From positions 32,001 through 96,000 of the IMG/VR virus record IMGVR_UViG_3300025858_000010: a DNA stretch of 64,000 nt; one strand, written 5' to 3'. Shown here one piece after another: positions 21,688-32,127 of the stretch. The notes under the pieces are model-generated. The model worked only from the letters and a program-made list of their open reading frames with translations. It was not told where the DNA came from and did not search any database. Position 1 is the stretch's first letter. Every line of letters starts with the position of its first letter. Position numbers and translations under genes: made by a program. Source of the DNA: a virus (lineage: Duplodnaviria > Caudoviricetes).

Positions 21688-22476
21688 TTATATACCATTT
21701 ATGCTTGGCATATCTTCTATCATACTCAATTCTTTTCTAAGTTTATTGATTTTTCTATCAATAATATGTTGAGGAGTCCTATTATAGACATAATTCCCAA
21801 CATCACTTATTTTTTTATTTGCTATTAACCAAATAGCCTCTGCTTCATACTCATTTCTTCCCTTTACCCATCCCTCAGTATATCCAGGATCATTGGGCCC
21901 TCCTTCTTCATATCCTTTTATCATAAATATTTTTTCATTATCCTTGTCTCCTTCAGATAGATGTATCAACAATTCATCGTATCTTCCTTTTAACCATCTA
22001 TGATACCAATTTTTGTTATTGATCATGAAATCACAGTTTTTAGATAATTCATTTAATTTATTTTTAATTTTCAAAGTTATTTCATCATCTTTTGGCCATA
22101 TTTCTTCGCCATATGGATCATCTAATATTTTATCATAATTTTCTTTAACGTAATCAGTTCCTTTATGTAATTTCGGATCACCATTCTTTGTATATCCTAA
22201 AGATTTTCTACTATCATTTTTTACAAAAGTCTCATATGAGTCTATGTGTCTATCCAATGGATTATCCCACCAAAATAAATTATTCATACCTTTATGTTTA
22301 ATAAGGTCATCTGATACCCTATCGCCAACATCACCTTTCATAATAGATTCATCAGGTCCGACTTTAACCTTTTGAGATTTATTTATTTCGGCTCTAATTC
22401 TTTTTAATTGGTCAACTGTTGATTGACGAGGTAAACTTTCAAATAATTTATCATGTTTATTAATTTTTTTCGTCAT
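21688..22476 (-). CDS. Hypothetical protein with internal VKE + DPYGEEIW
   Basis: YVKENYDKILDDPYGEEIW. Confidence 0.7.
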   Translation of the reverse strand: MTKKINKHDKLFESLPRQSTVDQLKRIRAEINKSQKVKVGPDESIMKGDVGDRVSDDLIKHKGMNNLFWWDNPLDRHIDSYETFVKNDSRKSLGYTKNGDPKLHKGTDYVKENYDKILDDPYGEEIWPKDDEITLKIKNKLNELSKNCDFMINNKNWYHRWLKGRYDELLIHLSEGDKDNEKIFMIKGYEEGGPNDPGYTEGWVKGRNEYEAEAIWLIANKKISDVGNYVYNRTPQHIIDRKINKLRKELSMIEDMPSINGI

Positions 22477-22491
22477 TGTGGTTTTGATTTT

Positions 22492-22764
22492 TTAAAATTT
22501 TATTCTTGACGACTTACTATCCATTTTTTTATATTTAATTTCATCTCTTTTAATTTGTTCAATTTCATCTTTTTCGTTCCAGTTTTCTTCGCTATATGGA
22601 TCTACTTTAGAACGTTGATCGCTAATTTGTTTAGTATATTCATCTTTTAATTTTTTTGCCGATTTTTCAGATTTTCTTTTTTGTTTTTGATATTCTTCGT
22701 CAGGAGTCAATTCTTTCTTTCTTCCGAATAAATGAAATTCTTCAAAAGTTTTCATATTTTTCAT
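22492..22764 (-). CDS. Small putative virion-internal protein with DPYSEENW
   Basis: MKNMKTFEE start; KVDPYSEENW. Confidence 0.7.
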   Translation of the reverse strand: MKNMKTFEEFHLFGRKKELTPDEEYQKQKRKSEKSAKKLKDEYTKQISDQRSKVDPYSEENWNEKDEIEQIKRDEIKYKKMDSKSSRIKF

Positions 22765-22770
22765 ATTTAT

Positions 22771-23106
22771 TTATTTTTTTTTTAATTTCATGTAACTTTC
22801 AATCGAAGAAAATTCTTTTTCTATTTCTTCTATCGTATCTTTAATATTTGGATAACCATCTATTAACTTATCTTTTATATGATCAACCATTTCATACACT
22901 TCCGCATCATAGTGATACAAGTCCTGCATAAATTCCGCAATTTGTAAAGGCAGAGTTTTTTCTATCTGTTTACTCACGTAATTTATAGTATCGCCGAGTG
23001 CAGATATGATGTGTTTTTTATTAATCATAGACTGCATGACTTCATCTATTTTTTCTTCATCATTTTGATCGCCATCAAAAGATTCATATGTTTTTAATTT
23101 ATCCAT
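22771..23106 (-). CDS. Hypothetical protein, apparent paralog of 23099..23644
   Basis: MDKLKTYESF start; shared F.+..Y..D....EMV..I.D pattern. Confidence 0.65.
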   Translation of the reverse strand: MDKLKTYESFDGDQNDEEKIDEVMQSMINKKHIISALGDTINYVSKQIEKTLPLQIAEFMQDLYHYDAEVYEMVDHIKDKLIDGYPNIKDTIEEIEKEFSSIESYMKLKKK

Positions 23107-23644
23107 TATTTGTTGGTTTTTTTCTTTTCAGTTGATCTTCGACTTCATCGAAAGGATTTCTGCTTCCATTTTTAGGTTTTTTTATTTCTGTTTTATTTGA
23201 TTCATCATCTTCGTCATCTTCTTCTTCATCCTCTTCTTCCATATAATCATCATCATCGTCTTCGGCCACTTGATTTAATATTAAATTTATATTATCACCT
23301 TCAGTATAATCTTGAATTTGATCTATATATCCGATTATTTCATCCATTTCATCCATTGCGGTTGAATTTTCTATTTGATCATATATCATTTCTACGAGTT
23401 CTGCCAGCATGTTATCTCTTTTATATATTTCTTCGATGAAAGCAGAATGAGACTTAGGATATTTATTAATAACCATACTGTAAACGTGCTCTGTTGTATC
23501 TCTGAGCATTTTAACGTGTTGTTTGACTTTAATTATACCATTAATTATGATCTTAATTTTTTCATTAAGTACTTCTTTATTTGGTATATCTGAATCACCA
23601 GTTTTTTCGTAATTTTCGAATGTTTTTAATATTTCCATAAACAT
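23099..23644 (-). CDS. Acidic hypothetical protein
   Basis: MEILKTFENYE near the start. Confidence 0.65.
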   Translation of the reverse strand: MFMEILKTFENYEKTGDSDIPNKEVLNEKIKIIINGIIKVKQHVKMLRDTTEHVYSMVINKYPKSHSAFIEEIYKRDNMLAELVEMIYDQIENSTAMDEMDEIIGYIDQIQDYTEGDNINLILNQVAEDDDDDYMEEEDEEEDDEDDESNKTEIKKPKNGSRNPFDEVEDQLKRKKPTNNG

Positions 23645-23649
23645 ATATA

Positions 23650-23832
23650 TTATTTATTAAAAGTTCCAGATGTTATACCAGTGGTTATGCCGGATAAATA
23701 TAAAGCGTTGACATAACCGACGGTTGATGCTGAATTTGAATCAAAAAATGTAGGATGAGATAAGTTTAATTTTCTCTGTTCTATACTAAAATCTTCGAAC
23801 TGTTTACCTTTTTCTTGCGAACCCCGTTGCAT
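23650..23832 (-). CDS. Small hypothetical protein
   Basis: 60-aa ORF directly after a TTAATATATA motif. Confidence 0.55.
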   Translation of the reverse strand: MQRGSQEKGKQFEDFSIEQRKLNLSHPTFFDSNSASTVGYVNALYLSGITTGITSGTFNK

Positions 23833-23903
23833 TTTTGACTCGATGTTTTTATCTTATATATTAAAATTAAAAATTGAAAATATTTAATAAACAAGAAAAA
23901 AAA

Positions 23904-24518
23904 TTAAATTAGATATTCATAATCTAAATAATCAGTGCTGTCTAAATCAAAACCGGCCACAGAACCTATCCAATATAGTAAATCACCGACTTGTACATCA
24001 CCATCATTAACTCTGGCTTTGATCGGATCTCCATTATCATCACTTGAAGTGAAATAACATCCAACATGTATACCATCAGGTACACCAGCCTGAACATATC
24101 CACCGTTATTCACATTTACTTTAATTCTGGATCTTGGTATTTGCAAAACTGGAGTACTACAAGATAATTGATAATCTACACCAGATACTATATCTAAACA
24201 CATCATATTAATATTTAAAGTATTGAACGTTGGTCTATTGTCTTTGGATACAATTTCTCCAGTTAAAATCATTAATTCTTTTCTATATGATTCTAATTTG
24301 TCTGCTGCCTGTTGAGCAATTAAATGTGTTTCGAAACTTAATATTAAATCATTTTTATTTGTAATCTTTATAACTAAACAATTATTTTTAACAAACCAAT
24401 GTGATAAATCAGTTATTATACTGTCAACGAAATTATCATTTTTATCATAAATAAATATTCTTTTATCATTACTTATTGGTTTCATTAAAAAATTTTCAAG
24501 TCTATAATTATATGTCAT
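23904..24518 (-). CDS. Hypothetical, probably structural protein
   Basis: 204-aa beta-rich ORF overlapping the upstream gene. Confidence 0.6.
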   Translation of the reverse strand: MTYNYRLENFLMKPISNDKRIFIYDKNDNFVDSIITDLSHWFVKNNCLVIKITNKNDLILSFETHLIAQQAADKLESYRKELMILTGEIVSKDNRPTFNTLNINMMCLDIVSGVDYQLSCSTPVLQIPRSRIKVNVNNGGYVQAGVPDGIHVGCYFTSSDDNGDPIKARVNDGDVQVGDLLYWIGSVAGFDLDSTDYLDYEYLI

Positions 24519-25647
24519 AATACACGCTTATATATTTTTGTTGACTATTAATATTATTAGCCAAATCTTTTATAGAAAATATGACACTATATATACCAAT
24601 TGAATCGATACTACTAATTGGTACTAAATCATCTAATGGATATATTACAACATTAGCATCATAAATACTTATTGATCCATCAACATTATCCGTGATTCCG
24701 GATACGAATATTTCTTTCAACATTGTATCGGTATAAGTTATAGCACTAGTTGCACCACTATAAGGCAATAAATATATAACAGTAGATCCACTTGTTATAC
24801 CTGTTGTCGTACCTGTTAACACATTATTCCAAGTGAATACTGGGGCATCTATATCAACAGGCGTCGTATTCGTTAAAATTCTATATCTTTGTGATTCTAA
24901 TACCCAATGCAATCTACTATTAGCCTGATCACAATTAAATGCGCTTAAGAATTCAAGTTTTATTTTTTCATCTGTATCTAATCCTATTTGTAAGGATGTT
25001 GAATTTAATTTCACAACTGTTCTAATATTATTATAAGGAATAATGGCAATAGTATTGCCTGTTATATCTAATATTTTTAGTTCAGTAGAACCAGTTGACG
25101 TTGGTATAATATAATTCACCACGTCAGAAATTAAAGAATTATAATATAACCCGCAATATGAACTATTCTGTGTATATTGACTTATGTTTGTCAAATTATC
25201 TTGTGCCAAATTAGCCATTAATACTTCAAGATACACTTTATAAGTGGAACTTGGATTATTAAAATATATTTGAGGAATTCTTTTTACACTATTACCAGTG
25301 AATATCATTAATTGACTCATATTTCTAACTTTAGTTGGATCGTCTTTGAAATAATATTCAATATATTGATCTGCTTCTATGGCCCAATTCGGATCTAATG
25401 GCATAAATTTTGCTCTAATCATCATAAAAGTAACATTTTCTCCCAAAAAACCATACATCAATGGTTGATCTTTAGATGATTCATTCAATGTAAGTTGAGA
25501 TAAATAAAAAGATTCATATTTTATTTCAAGTCCATCGAGATTTAATTTTCCTTTCATATTAGGTCCTTCAATTACAATGAAAGAACATTCATATGGTTTT
25601 ATCAACTTTTCAGTAGGAGTTAATAAAATATTTGGTTGTATGTACAT
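24508..25647 (-). CDS. Probable structural protein with C-terminal Ig-like domain
   Basis: DAPVF...TDNVDGSIS...GIYSVIFSIKDLANN Ig-like pattern; Thr/Gly-rich linkers. Confidence 0.55.
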   Translation of the reverse strand: MYIQPNILLTPTEKLIKPYECSFIVIEGPNMKGKLNLDGLEIKYESFYLSQLTLNESSKDQPLMYGFLGENVTFMMIRAKFMPLDPNWAIEADQYIEYYFKDDPTKVRNMSQLMIFTGNSVKRIPQIYFNNPSSTYKVYLEVLMANLAQDNLTNISQYTQNSSYCGLYYNSLISDVVNYIIPTSTGSTELKILDITGNTIAIIPYNNIRTVVKLNSTSLQIGLDTDEKIKLEFLSAFNCDQANSRLHWVLESQRYRILTNTTPVDIDAPVFTWNNVLTGTTTGITSGSTVIYLLPYSGATSAITYTDTMLKEIFVSGITDNVDGSISIYDANVVIYPLDDLVPISSIDSIGIYSVIFSIKDLANNINSQQKYISVYYDI

Positions 25648-25752
25648 TATTTATATTTTTTCTTTTTTATGATTTTTTCTATTGTTATATATTTATTTTT
25701 AAAATTGATTTATGAATCATATCTATTTAATTTTCTAAAATCCTTTATTATT

Positions 25753-26373
25753 TTATATTCTTAAATTTTTTATTTTTAATGATTTTAAATAATTTTTATA
25801 TTCATCAGTAAATCTATTATTATAACAATATAATACTTCTAAATTCGTTAAATGTTCAATTCCTTCTAAACTAGTTAATAAATTACTAAAACAAAATAAT
25901 CCTCTCAAATTCGTTAAATGTTCGATTCCTTCTAAATTAGTTAATCGATTATAAAAACAATCTAATGATATTAAATTCGTTAAATGTTCGATTCCTTCTA
26001 AACTAGTTAATTCATTATTAGAACAATCCAATTCTCTTAAATTCGTTAAATGTTCAATTCCTTCTAAACTAGTTAATTGATTATAAGAACAATCCAATTC
26101 TCTTAAATTCGTTAAATGTTCAATGCCTTCTAAATTAGTTAATTGATTACCAAAACAAATCAATTCTCTCAAAATTGTTAAATGTTCAATTCCTTCTAAA
26201 CTAGTTAATCCTTTATAAGAACAATCTAAAGACATTATTTGATCTAATGGTTTATTTTGTTCTTTAGCTAACTGTATTATCGGAGTATCATTATCGTCAT
26301 CCCAATCTTCCTCACCATAAGGATCTATATCCGATCTGTTTAATTGTTCAAATATTTTAAAATCCTTTATCAT
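25753..26373 (-). CDS. LRR protein with DPYGEEDW tag
   Basis: About 7 22-aa repeats; first ~155 aa identical to 19667..20551. Confidence 0.92.
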   Translation of the reverse strand: MIKDFKIFEQLNRSDIDPYGEEDWDDDNDTPIIQLAKEQNKPLDQIMSLDCSYKGLTSLEGIEHLTILRELICFGNQLTNLEGIEHLTNLRELDCSYNQLTSLEGIEHLTNLRELDCSNNELTSLEGIEHLTNLISLDCFYNRLTNLEGIEHLTNLRGLFCFSNLLTSLEGIEHLTNLEVLYCYNNRFTDEYKNYLKSLKIKNLRI

Positions 26374-26374
26374 T

Positions 26375-27070
26375 TTATATTTCTAAATGTTTTATTTTTA
26401 ATGATCTTAAATAGTTTTTATATTCATCAGTAAATCTATTATTGAAACAATATAATGTTTCTAAATTCGTTAAATGTTCAATTCCTTCTAAATTAGTTAA
26501 TTGATTATTATAACAATATAATGATTTTAAATTCGTTAAATGTTCAATGCCTTCTAAATTAGTTAATCTATTATTATAACAAATTAATGTTTTTAAATTA
26601 GTCAAATGTTCAATACCTTCTAAACTAGTTAATTGATTATTAGAACAATGTAAATATCTTAAATTAGTTAAATGTTCAATTCCTTCTAAACTAGTTAATT
26701 GATTAGAATGACAATATAATTCTCTTAAATTCGTTAAATGTTCAATTCCTTCTAAACTAGTTAATTGATTATTAGAACAATGTAATAATTCTAAATTCGT
26801 TAAATGTTCAATTCCATCTAAACTAGTTAATTCATTATTAGAACAATATAATTCTCTTAAATTCGTTAAATGTTCAATGCCTTCTAAACTAGTTAACCGA
26901 TTATGATAACAAGATAAATCAATTATTTGATCTAATGGTTTATTTTGTTTTTTAGCTAACCATATTATCGGAGTATCATAGTCATCCCAATCCTCCTCGC
27001 CGTATGGATCAATATCCGATCTATTTAATTGTTCAAATAATCTAAAACTCATTAAATTGTTCATTTTCAT
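26375..27070 (-). CDS. LRR protein with DPYGEEDW tag
   Basis: About 8 22-aa repeats after MKMNNLMSFRLFE..DIDPYGEEDW. Confidence 0.92.
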   Translation of the reverse strand: MKMNNLMSFRLFEQLNRSDIDPYGEEDWDDYDTPIIWLAKKQNKPLDQIIDLSCYHNRLTSLEGIEHLTNLRELYCSNNELTSLDGIEHLTNLELLHCSNNQLTSLEGIEHLTNLRELYCHSNQLTSLEGIEHLTNLRYLHCSNNQLTSLEGIEHLTNLKTLICYNNRLTNLEGIEHLTNLKSLYCYNNQLTNLEGIEHLTNLETLYCFNNRFTDEYKNYLRSLKIKHLEI

Positions 27071-27243
27071 ATATTATTATAAAATCGTTTCAATTTTAGC
27101 GTATCTATCTTATAATATATATTAATTCACGATATTGATTTTTACGAAAATGATCGGTTATCTTTCTTTTTTACAAGAAATTCAATACATATTTATATGG
27201 AGTTAAAGTACCAAAATCAATCAATCAAATAGAGTATCTATTT

Positions 27244-28332
27244 TTAGTCATTAAAGAATTCTTTTTCATCTTCTTCAAATTCACCATCAATTCGATTGAA
27301 TAAAATTCCAACATCTGGTCCTTCTTCAATATTTTCTTCAATCTTTGATTGTTTTAATTTAAAGTCAAATAATGATCCAAGCACTCCCAATCTTTTATTA
27401 ATCATTGGTAAATCTAGGGCTTTTAAAAAACTATTACAAATAGTCAACACGGTCTTATCGAATTGTGCGTCATAATCAAATATAACTTTTTCTTTATCTG
27501 TTATTTCTATTGGATGCATGCCTCTGATATATCCGAACACATTATTTTTATCATGTTTACAATAATAGTATTTTATCTTACCCGACCGTATCATATCATA
27601 TTTGGTTTTAAATTCTGAATTTTTGTTCAATAAATAATTATATAAACCAGCAGCTTTTATAGAAAAATGAGCACCTAAAACGGCTTCTAAATTAGTCGTG
27701 TCATTGACTATTTTATCTGGATAATTCGAACAATTGGTTTGACTTGATATGTTATCGACATCTTCTAAATCAAATTCTTTTCTAATTTGTTTAACAATTT
27801 TTAATATGTCTTTAATATTAAGATTATCAGCATTTGAGAACAAATATTTTATGAATTCCCAAATGCCTCCTTTTTGATCTTTTCCTCTCACAAAAGGAGG
27901 AGTTTCACTTCTAACAATCTTAATTCCAGTCGGTGAAAAATAAGATAATGGTTCAAAGAAAATACCATCTTCATAAACTATATTTTTAAGATAATTCTTT
28001 TTCTCGAAGAAAAGAATAGAATTACTTATAGTTTCTAGTTCGAAATCTTGTTTATTTTCAACTCCAAATCTTTTTGAATACTCGTCCAGGAATTTATGGT
28101 GAAGTTTCTTCATAATTACTTTATCAAAATGTAATATAAATTCTAATTCGTCTTCTTTATAATTACATGATTCTATTAATGGTTTATAAGACATATAATA
28201 AGAATTATGTACAAGTATATCATTAGATATAAAAGTATGACTTTCATCGTCCATTTCTATATCATAAACATATTCATTTTCAAACGAACCAATTTGTTCG
28301 CATGAATCTATTTCGTCAAAGTAATATTCCAT
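27244..28332 (-). CDS. polB: Split-intein C-fragment (43 aa) fused to family-B DNA polymerase palm/thumb
   Basis: VYDIEMDDESHTFISNDILVHN/S intein end; then KKNY, GIKIVRSETP. Confidence 0.9.
   Translation of the reverse strand: MEYYFDEIDSCEQIGSFENEYVYDIEMDDESHTFISNDILVHNSYYMSYKPLIESCNYKEDELEFILHFDKVIMKKLHHKFLDEYSKRFGVENKQDFELETISNSILFFEKKNYLKNIVYEDGIFFEPLSYFSPTGIKIVRSETPPFVRGKDQKGGIWEFIKYLFSNADNLNIKDILKIVKQIRKEFDLEDVDNISSQTNCSNYPDKIVNDTTNLEAVLGAHFSIKAAGLYNYLLNKNSEFKTKYDMIRSGKIKYYYCKHDKNNVFGYIRGMHPIEITDKEKVIFDYDAQFDKTVLTICNSFLKALDLPMINKRLGVLGSLFDFKLKQSKIEENIEEGPDVGILFNRIDGEFEEDEKEFFND
28204..28332 (-). mobile_element. Split intein IntC (HN|Ser+1)
   Basis: Blocks F/G VYDIE..H.F..NDILVHN followed by Ser. 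Confidence 0.9.
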
Positions 28333-29395
28333 CTATTATATTTTTTATTTTATTATTTTCTTTATATGAAATTTCGACATAATTAATATTATTTTCAATG
28401 CAAAATTTCTTTTTTATTTCGTCATTGTTTTTAATATAAAAAAGAGTTTCTTCACCACCAAACCATTTTATAGGTTCGTAGTGTTGTTTGCCGTTATATT
28501 CTATAACTAGATTATATTCTGGAAGAAAAAAATCAAAAGGTAAATAATTTATATTTTTACATTTTTCAAAAATTTTTTGTCTATTAAAAATAACATTTTT
28601 TGATTTCAAAAGTTCACTTATTTTATTCTCCATTATACTTTTTTTACAAGATGGACATCCTTGACCAAGTAAATGAAAATTAGGAATTTGTTGAAATTCA
28701 CCGTGTTTTGGACATATTATTATAACCTTGGTATAATTATTAATATATTGAACTTTATTATAATCATAATAGAAATCATGTATAATATTTGACCTTCTGA
28801 TAAAATCAAATAAATTAAGTTTACTGTCATTTATTTTACATTCTCTACATCCTTGACCAGACAAATGATTTCTTGGCGTTTGTTCAAAAACGCCATGTAA
28901 TTTACATATTATTTTAACTTTAGTTTTAGAGTCTATATAATCAACTAAAGAATAATCATATTTATCACCGTGTATTAATTTAGATTCTTTAATAAATTCA
29001 TCGTTGGTTTTTTTACTTTTTTCACCCATGCATTTTACACAACCGTGTCCTTTTGTATGATTATATGCCTGCTGATAAAAACTACCATGAGTTGGACAAA
29101 TTATTTTTACTTTATCTATAGAACTTTTATATTCAACCAATGAATAATCGTATTTATCACCGTGTATTAATTTTGATTTTTTAATGAAATCATCCTTGTT
29201 TTTTTTTAAAGATCCACCACAGAATGGACATCCCCTACCACGAAGATGAGATACTGGTTTTTGTTCGAAAATACCATGAATATGACATATTATTTTAACT
29301 CTAGTTTTAGAGTTTATATAATCAACTAAAGAATAATCATATTTATTCTTATGAATATTATCCGCTATTTTTATAAATTTTTCAGTATTATACAT
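28316..29395 (-). CDS. Free-standing homing endonuclease (Zn-binding repeats plus Vsr/DUF559-like nuclease)
   Basis: Four KYDYS..Y....KVKIIC..HG.F.Q....H..G.GC..C repeats; LPFDFFLPEYNLVIEYNGKQH. Confidence 0.85.
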   Translation of the reverse strand: MYNTEKFIKIADNIHKNKYDYSLVDYINSKTRVKIICHIHGIFEQKPVSHLRGRGCPFCGGSLKKNKDDFIKKSKLIHGDKYDYSLVEYKSSIDKVKIICPTHGSFYQQAYNHTKGHGCVKCMGEKSKKTNDEFIKESKLIHGDKYDYSLVDYIDSKTKVKIICKLHGVFEQTPRNHLSGQGCRECKINDSKLNLFDFIRRSNIIHDFYYDYNKVQYINNYTKVIIICPKHGEFQQIPNFHLLGQGCPSCKKSIMENKISELLKSKNVIFNRQKIFEKCKNINYLPFDFFLPEYNLVIEYNGKQHYEPIKWFGGEETLFYIKNNDEIKKKFCIENNINYVEISYKENNKIKNIIDGILL

Positions 29396-29418
29396 TATAT
29401 ATCCTCCAAAACTACATA

Positions 29419-29775
29419 TTAATATTTTATAACTAATATTTTATCTGTTTTTAGAATATCACAAGGTTTTACTTCTATTTTTTCACCGTTTCTAAAAACT
29501 ATCATCGAATGATCATTTGTAACAATTATTTCTTTACCAGATTTTGTTTTTAATTTCCATTTAGGTTTAGTCACCTCATGTCTTATAATTCTTTTAACTG
29601 GCGCATAATATAATCCATTTTCTTCTGTCCAATTTAAAACCTTTTCTTTAGTATGGACACTATTATGACCCATTAAAGTATTTCCAGCACTACCATTTAT
29701 TATGTTTCTGTTATAAAAATCTTCAATACTTGATATTTTATCGTTTGTGACTACGATTGAACTAGAATCAACTGA
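29419..29775 (-). mobile_element. Split intein IntN (Ser1, 118 aa)
   Basis: Starts at Ser after YCDTD; TxxH block B (VTNDHS); ends at the stop codon. Confidence 0.88.
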
Positions 29776-30513
29776 ATCCGTATCACAGTACATAGAAATT
29801 GGATTATTGCCCTTGTAAAAAGTGGCATTAGTTTCTGGATCTTTTTCCCATTTTGGATTATCGTCTAATGTTTTAACACCATTAAAATCAAATATTTTAT
29901 ATTCGTATAATAATTCGAAATCATTAACATTCCCTTCTATTTTTTTTAACTTATCTAATTTTATTTTTCTAGATAAAAGGATATCACCAAGTTCACCATT
30001 ATTAAAAAAAGGATAAGGTCTATCTATATTTTTATATTCTTTATTTAAAAAATAGTATTTATTGTCTTTAGTGGCAATATATTCAATACCGAGAAGTTTT
30101 TGCATTTCAACATCTTTTGCCCAATCGTTATAAAAATAATCTTCTGTACGTATTACCATGTATCTAATGAGATCTCTTCCCATTGCTGTAATAGCATTAG
30201 CAATTTTAGCATTCGATAAAACAAAATATTTATTCGCAAACGCTCCATATGTCGCATTCAGTACAGTTTTGAGCGCCAATTGTAAAGCTTTGTTATATGA
30301 ATATAATGCAGATTTCTCTGATATTTTATATTTGAGATCTATTATGTTTTTTAATTTGACTATTTGTTTCTTAGAATATTCTAGTTCTGGTTTTAATTCG
30401 ACCGCTTTATTATAAAGTCCTAGTGCTTGATCATATTCTTTACTTTTACAACATTGATCTGCTCTTTTTATAGTATCGTTATATGTTCTATTGATTAAAG
30501 CGATATCTGACAT
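29419..30513 (-). CDS. polB: Family-B DNA polymerase fragment (fingers/motif B to YCDTD) fused to split-intein N-fragment
   Basis: QLALKTVLNATYG, IT..GR, YCDTD|SVDSSS intein start, VTNDHS block B. Confidence 0.9.
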   Translation of the reverse strand: MSDIALINRTYNDTIKRADQCCKSKEYDQALGLYNKAVELKPELEYSKKQIVKLKNIIDLKYKISEKSALYSYNKALQLALKTVLNATYGAFANKYFVLSNAKIANAITAMGRDLIRYMVIRTEDYFYNDWAKDVEMQKLLGIEYIATKDNKYYFLNKEYKNIDRPYPFFNNGELGDILLSRKIKLDKLKKIEGNVNDFELLYEYKIFDFNGVKTLDDNPKWEKDPETNATFYKGNNPISMYCDTDSVDSSSIVVTNDKISSIEDFYNRNIINGSAGNTLMGHNSVHTKEKVLNWTEENGLYYAPVKRIIRHEVTKPKWKLKTKSGKEIIVTNDHSMIVFRNGEKIEVKPCDILKTDKILVIKY

Positions 30514-30549
30514 TAAATAAGAATTTTTATCTATTATAACTATTTAATT

Positions 30550-32065
30550 TTAATTTGTTTTAAAAACATATTTAATTGAACCGCTATCGTATATTCTATA
30601 GATTTTGCGTTTTAACATTATTTCGTGTTCAGTTTCATTAATATCGTATCCATCTTTTACTAGTTTATCTTTTCTGAAATTAAATCTGTGATATCTTATA
30701 CCGTCAATAACATAATAATAATTCGGTTGAGTTTTATGAATCATAGTAAATCCCAATTTTTCGTATAAAATTCCCTGGCTCCAAGATCTATCTGCATAAC
30801 TTATTATTTCTTTGGGTACGTATTTTTTAATGAAATATTTAAATAATTTACTAGCGCCACCTATAACTGTTGTGTTTAATTCATTACAAAATCTAATCAT
30901 TTCATAGGAACCATCAATCGACTTTTGACCCATTGATTTTCTTAATTTCCCAAACGTCATTAAAGAAACCAATTTATTTTCATAAAGCAGTCCTATTTTT
31001 ATTTTAGATGAAATATATCCCTGTAAATGATTTTTTTCCAAAAAATCTCTAGATTTTTTATTATCCGAAATATCTATTATTTCACATTTTCTAGCGTATA
31101 TTTTTTTTGATTTTCCTAGTAAATTTAATATTCTTGATTTAACGATTTCTTGTTTATAAATCCATTCATCTTGATATATGTGTATTAACTTAATTTTATC
31201 TTTTTCGGCTAAATTTGTTTTTTCTAAATGATAATTTTTATTTTTATATAACTCATTATGCCAATAAGTGCCATTAAATTCAAATCCTATATTTAGTTCC
31301 GGTAAATAAATATCAATTTCTTTTCCTATTTTTTTATCGTTTGTCAAAATAACACCATTATAATGATTTTTTATAAATTCTTTTAGCATTATTTCTTGTC
31401 CACTTTGGGAATGAGATCCCACAGGATTACAACATGTACATATAACAGTTTCTTTATTTTTTCTTTTTCTGTTTTTTAGAGTTTCTGAATCAATTTTAAA
31501 TTGATGACCTTTATCGCAAATCATAATATAATTATAATTATCGTCTATATCTATAACACCATCACATTTTAATTTTTTTAATAAATTTTTTTTATAAATA
31601 TTGTCTCTTTTTTCTTTATATTTTTCTTTGAAATTATTAGTAGATAGAAAAAATTCAACTCCATATTTTTCTAAACATGTTTTTTTATGTTTTTCTATAT
31701 TGTTATAATTTTCACTACCATATTTATCTTTATTTATTCTTTTAACAATATTCCCATATCCTTTTAGTTTAGCGTAATTATCCACACCAAATTTTTCTAA
31801 ATTGGTTATTTTCTTTTTTTCAATTGAACATTTCTTGCAAGTAAAAAAACCATAATGTGACATATTTTGGCAATATTTGGCGTACATTAAAGAATATTCT
31901 TTTTTACACCTATCACATACGACATCAATTTTTAAATGAGAAATTAATTGGTAAATCTACTGTCTTAATTATGATCTTGTTGTCATCAATAAGATATCCT
32001 AGTTTTTCATAATAAGATTTATTTCTATTTGAAATCGATACTAATGTGGTTTCATATTTTAACAT
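30550..32065 (-). CDS. Homing-endonuclease-like protein (Zn finger, KYG repeats, PD-(D/E)xK nuclease, GNAT-like tail); +1 frameshift near 31941
   Basis: EIDIYLPELNIGFEFNGTYWH; GGASKL..SYADRSWSQG; removing one T joins MLKYETT..DLPIN to SHLKIDVVCDRC. Confidence 0.75.
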
Positions 32066-32127
32066 AAATAATTGTATATTTTTTGAAAAATAAAGTTTAA
32101 TATATAAAATAAATTTGACCACTAAAA

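Noticed and set aside
28333-29418. Group I intron interrupting polB
   Set aside because: Only 23 nt of non-coding sequence flank the endonuclease ORF, leaving no room for a ribozyme core; the split intein explains the break
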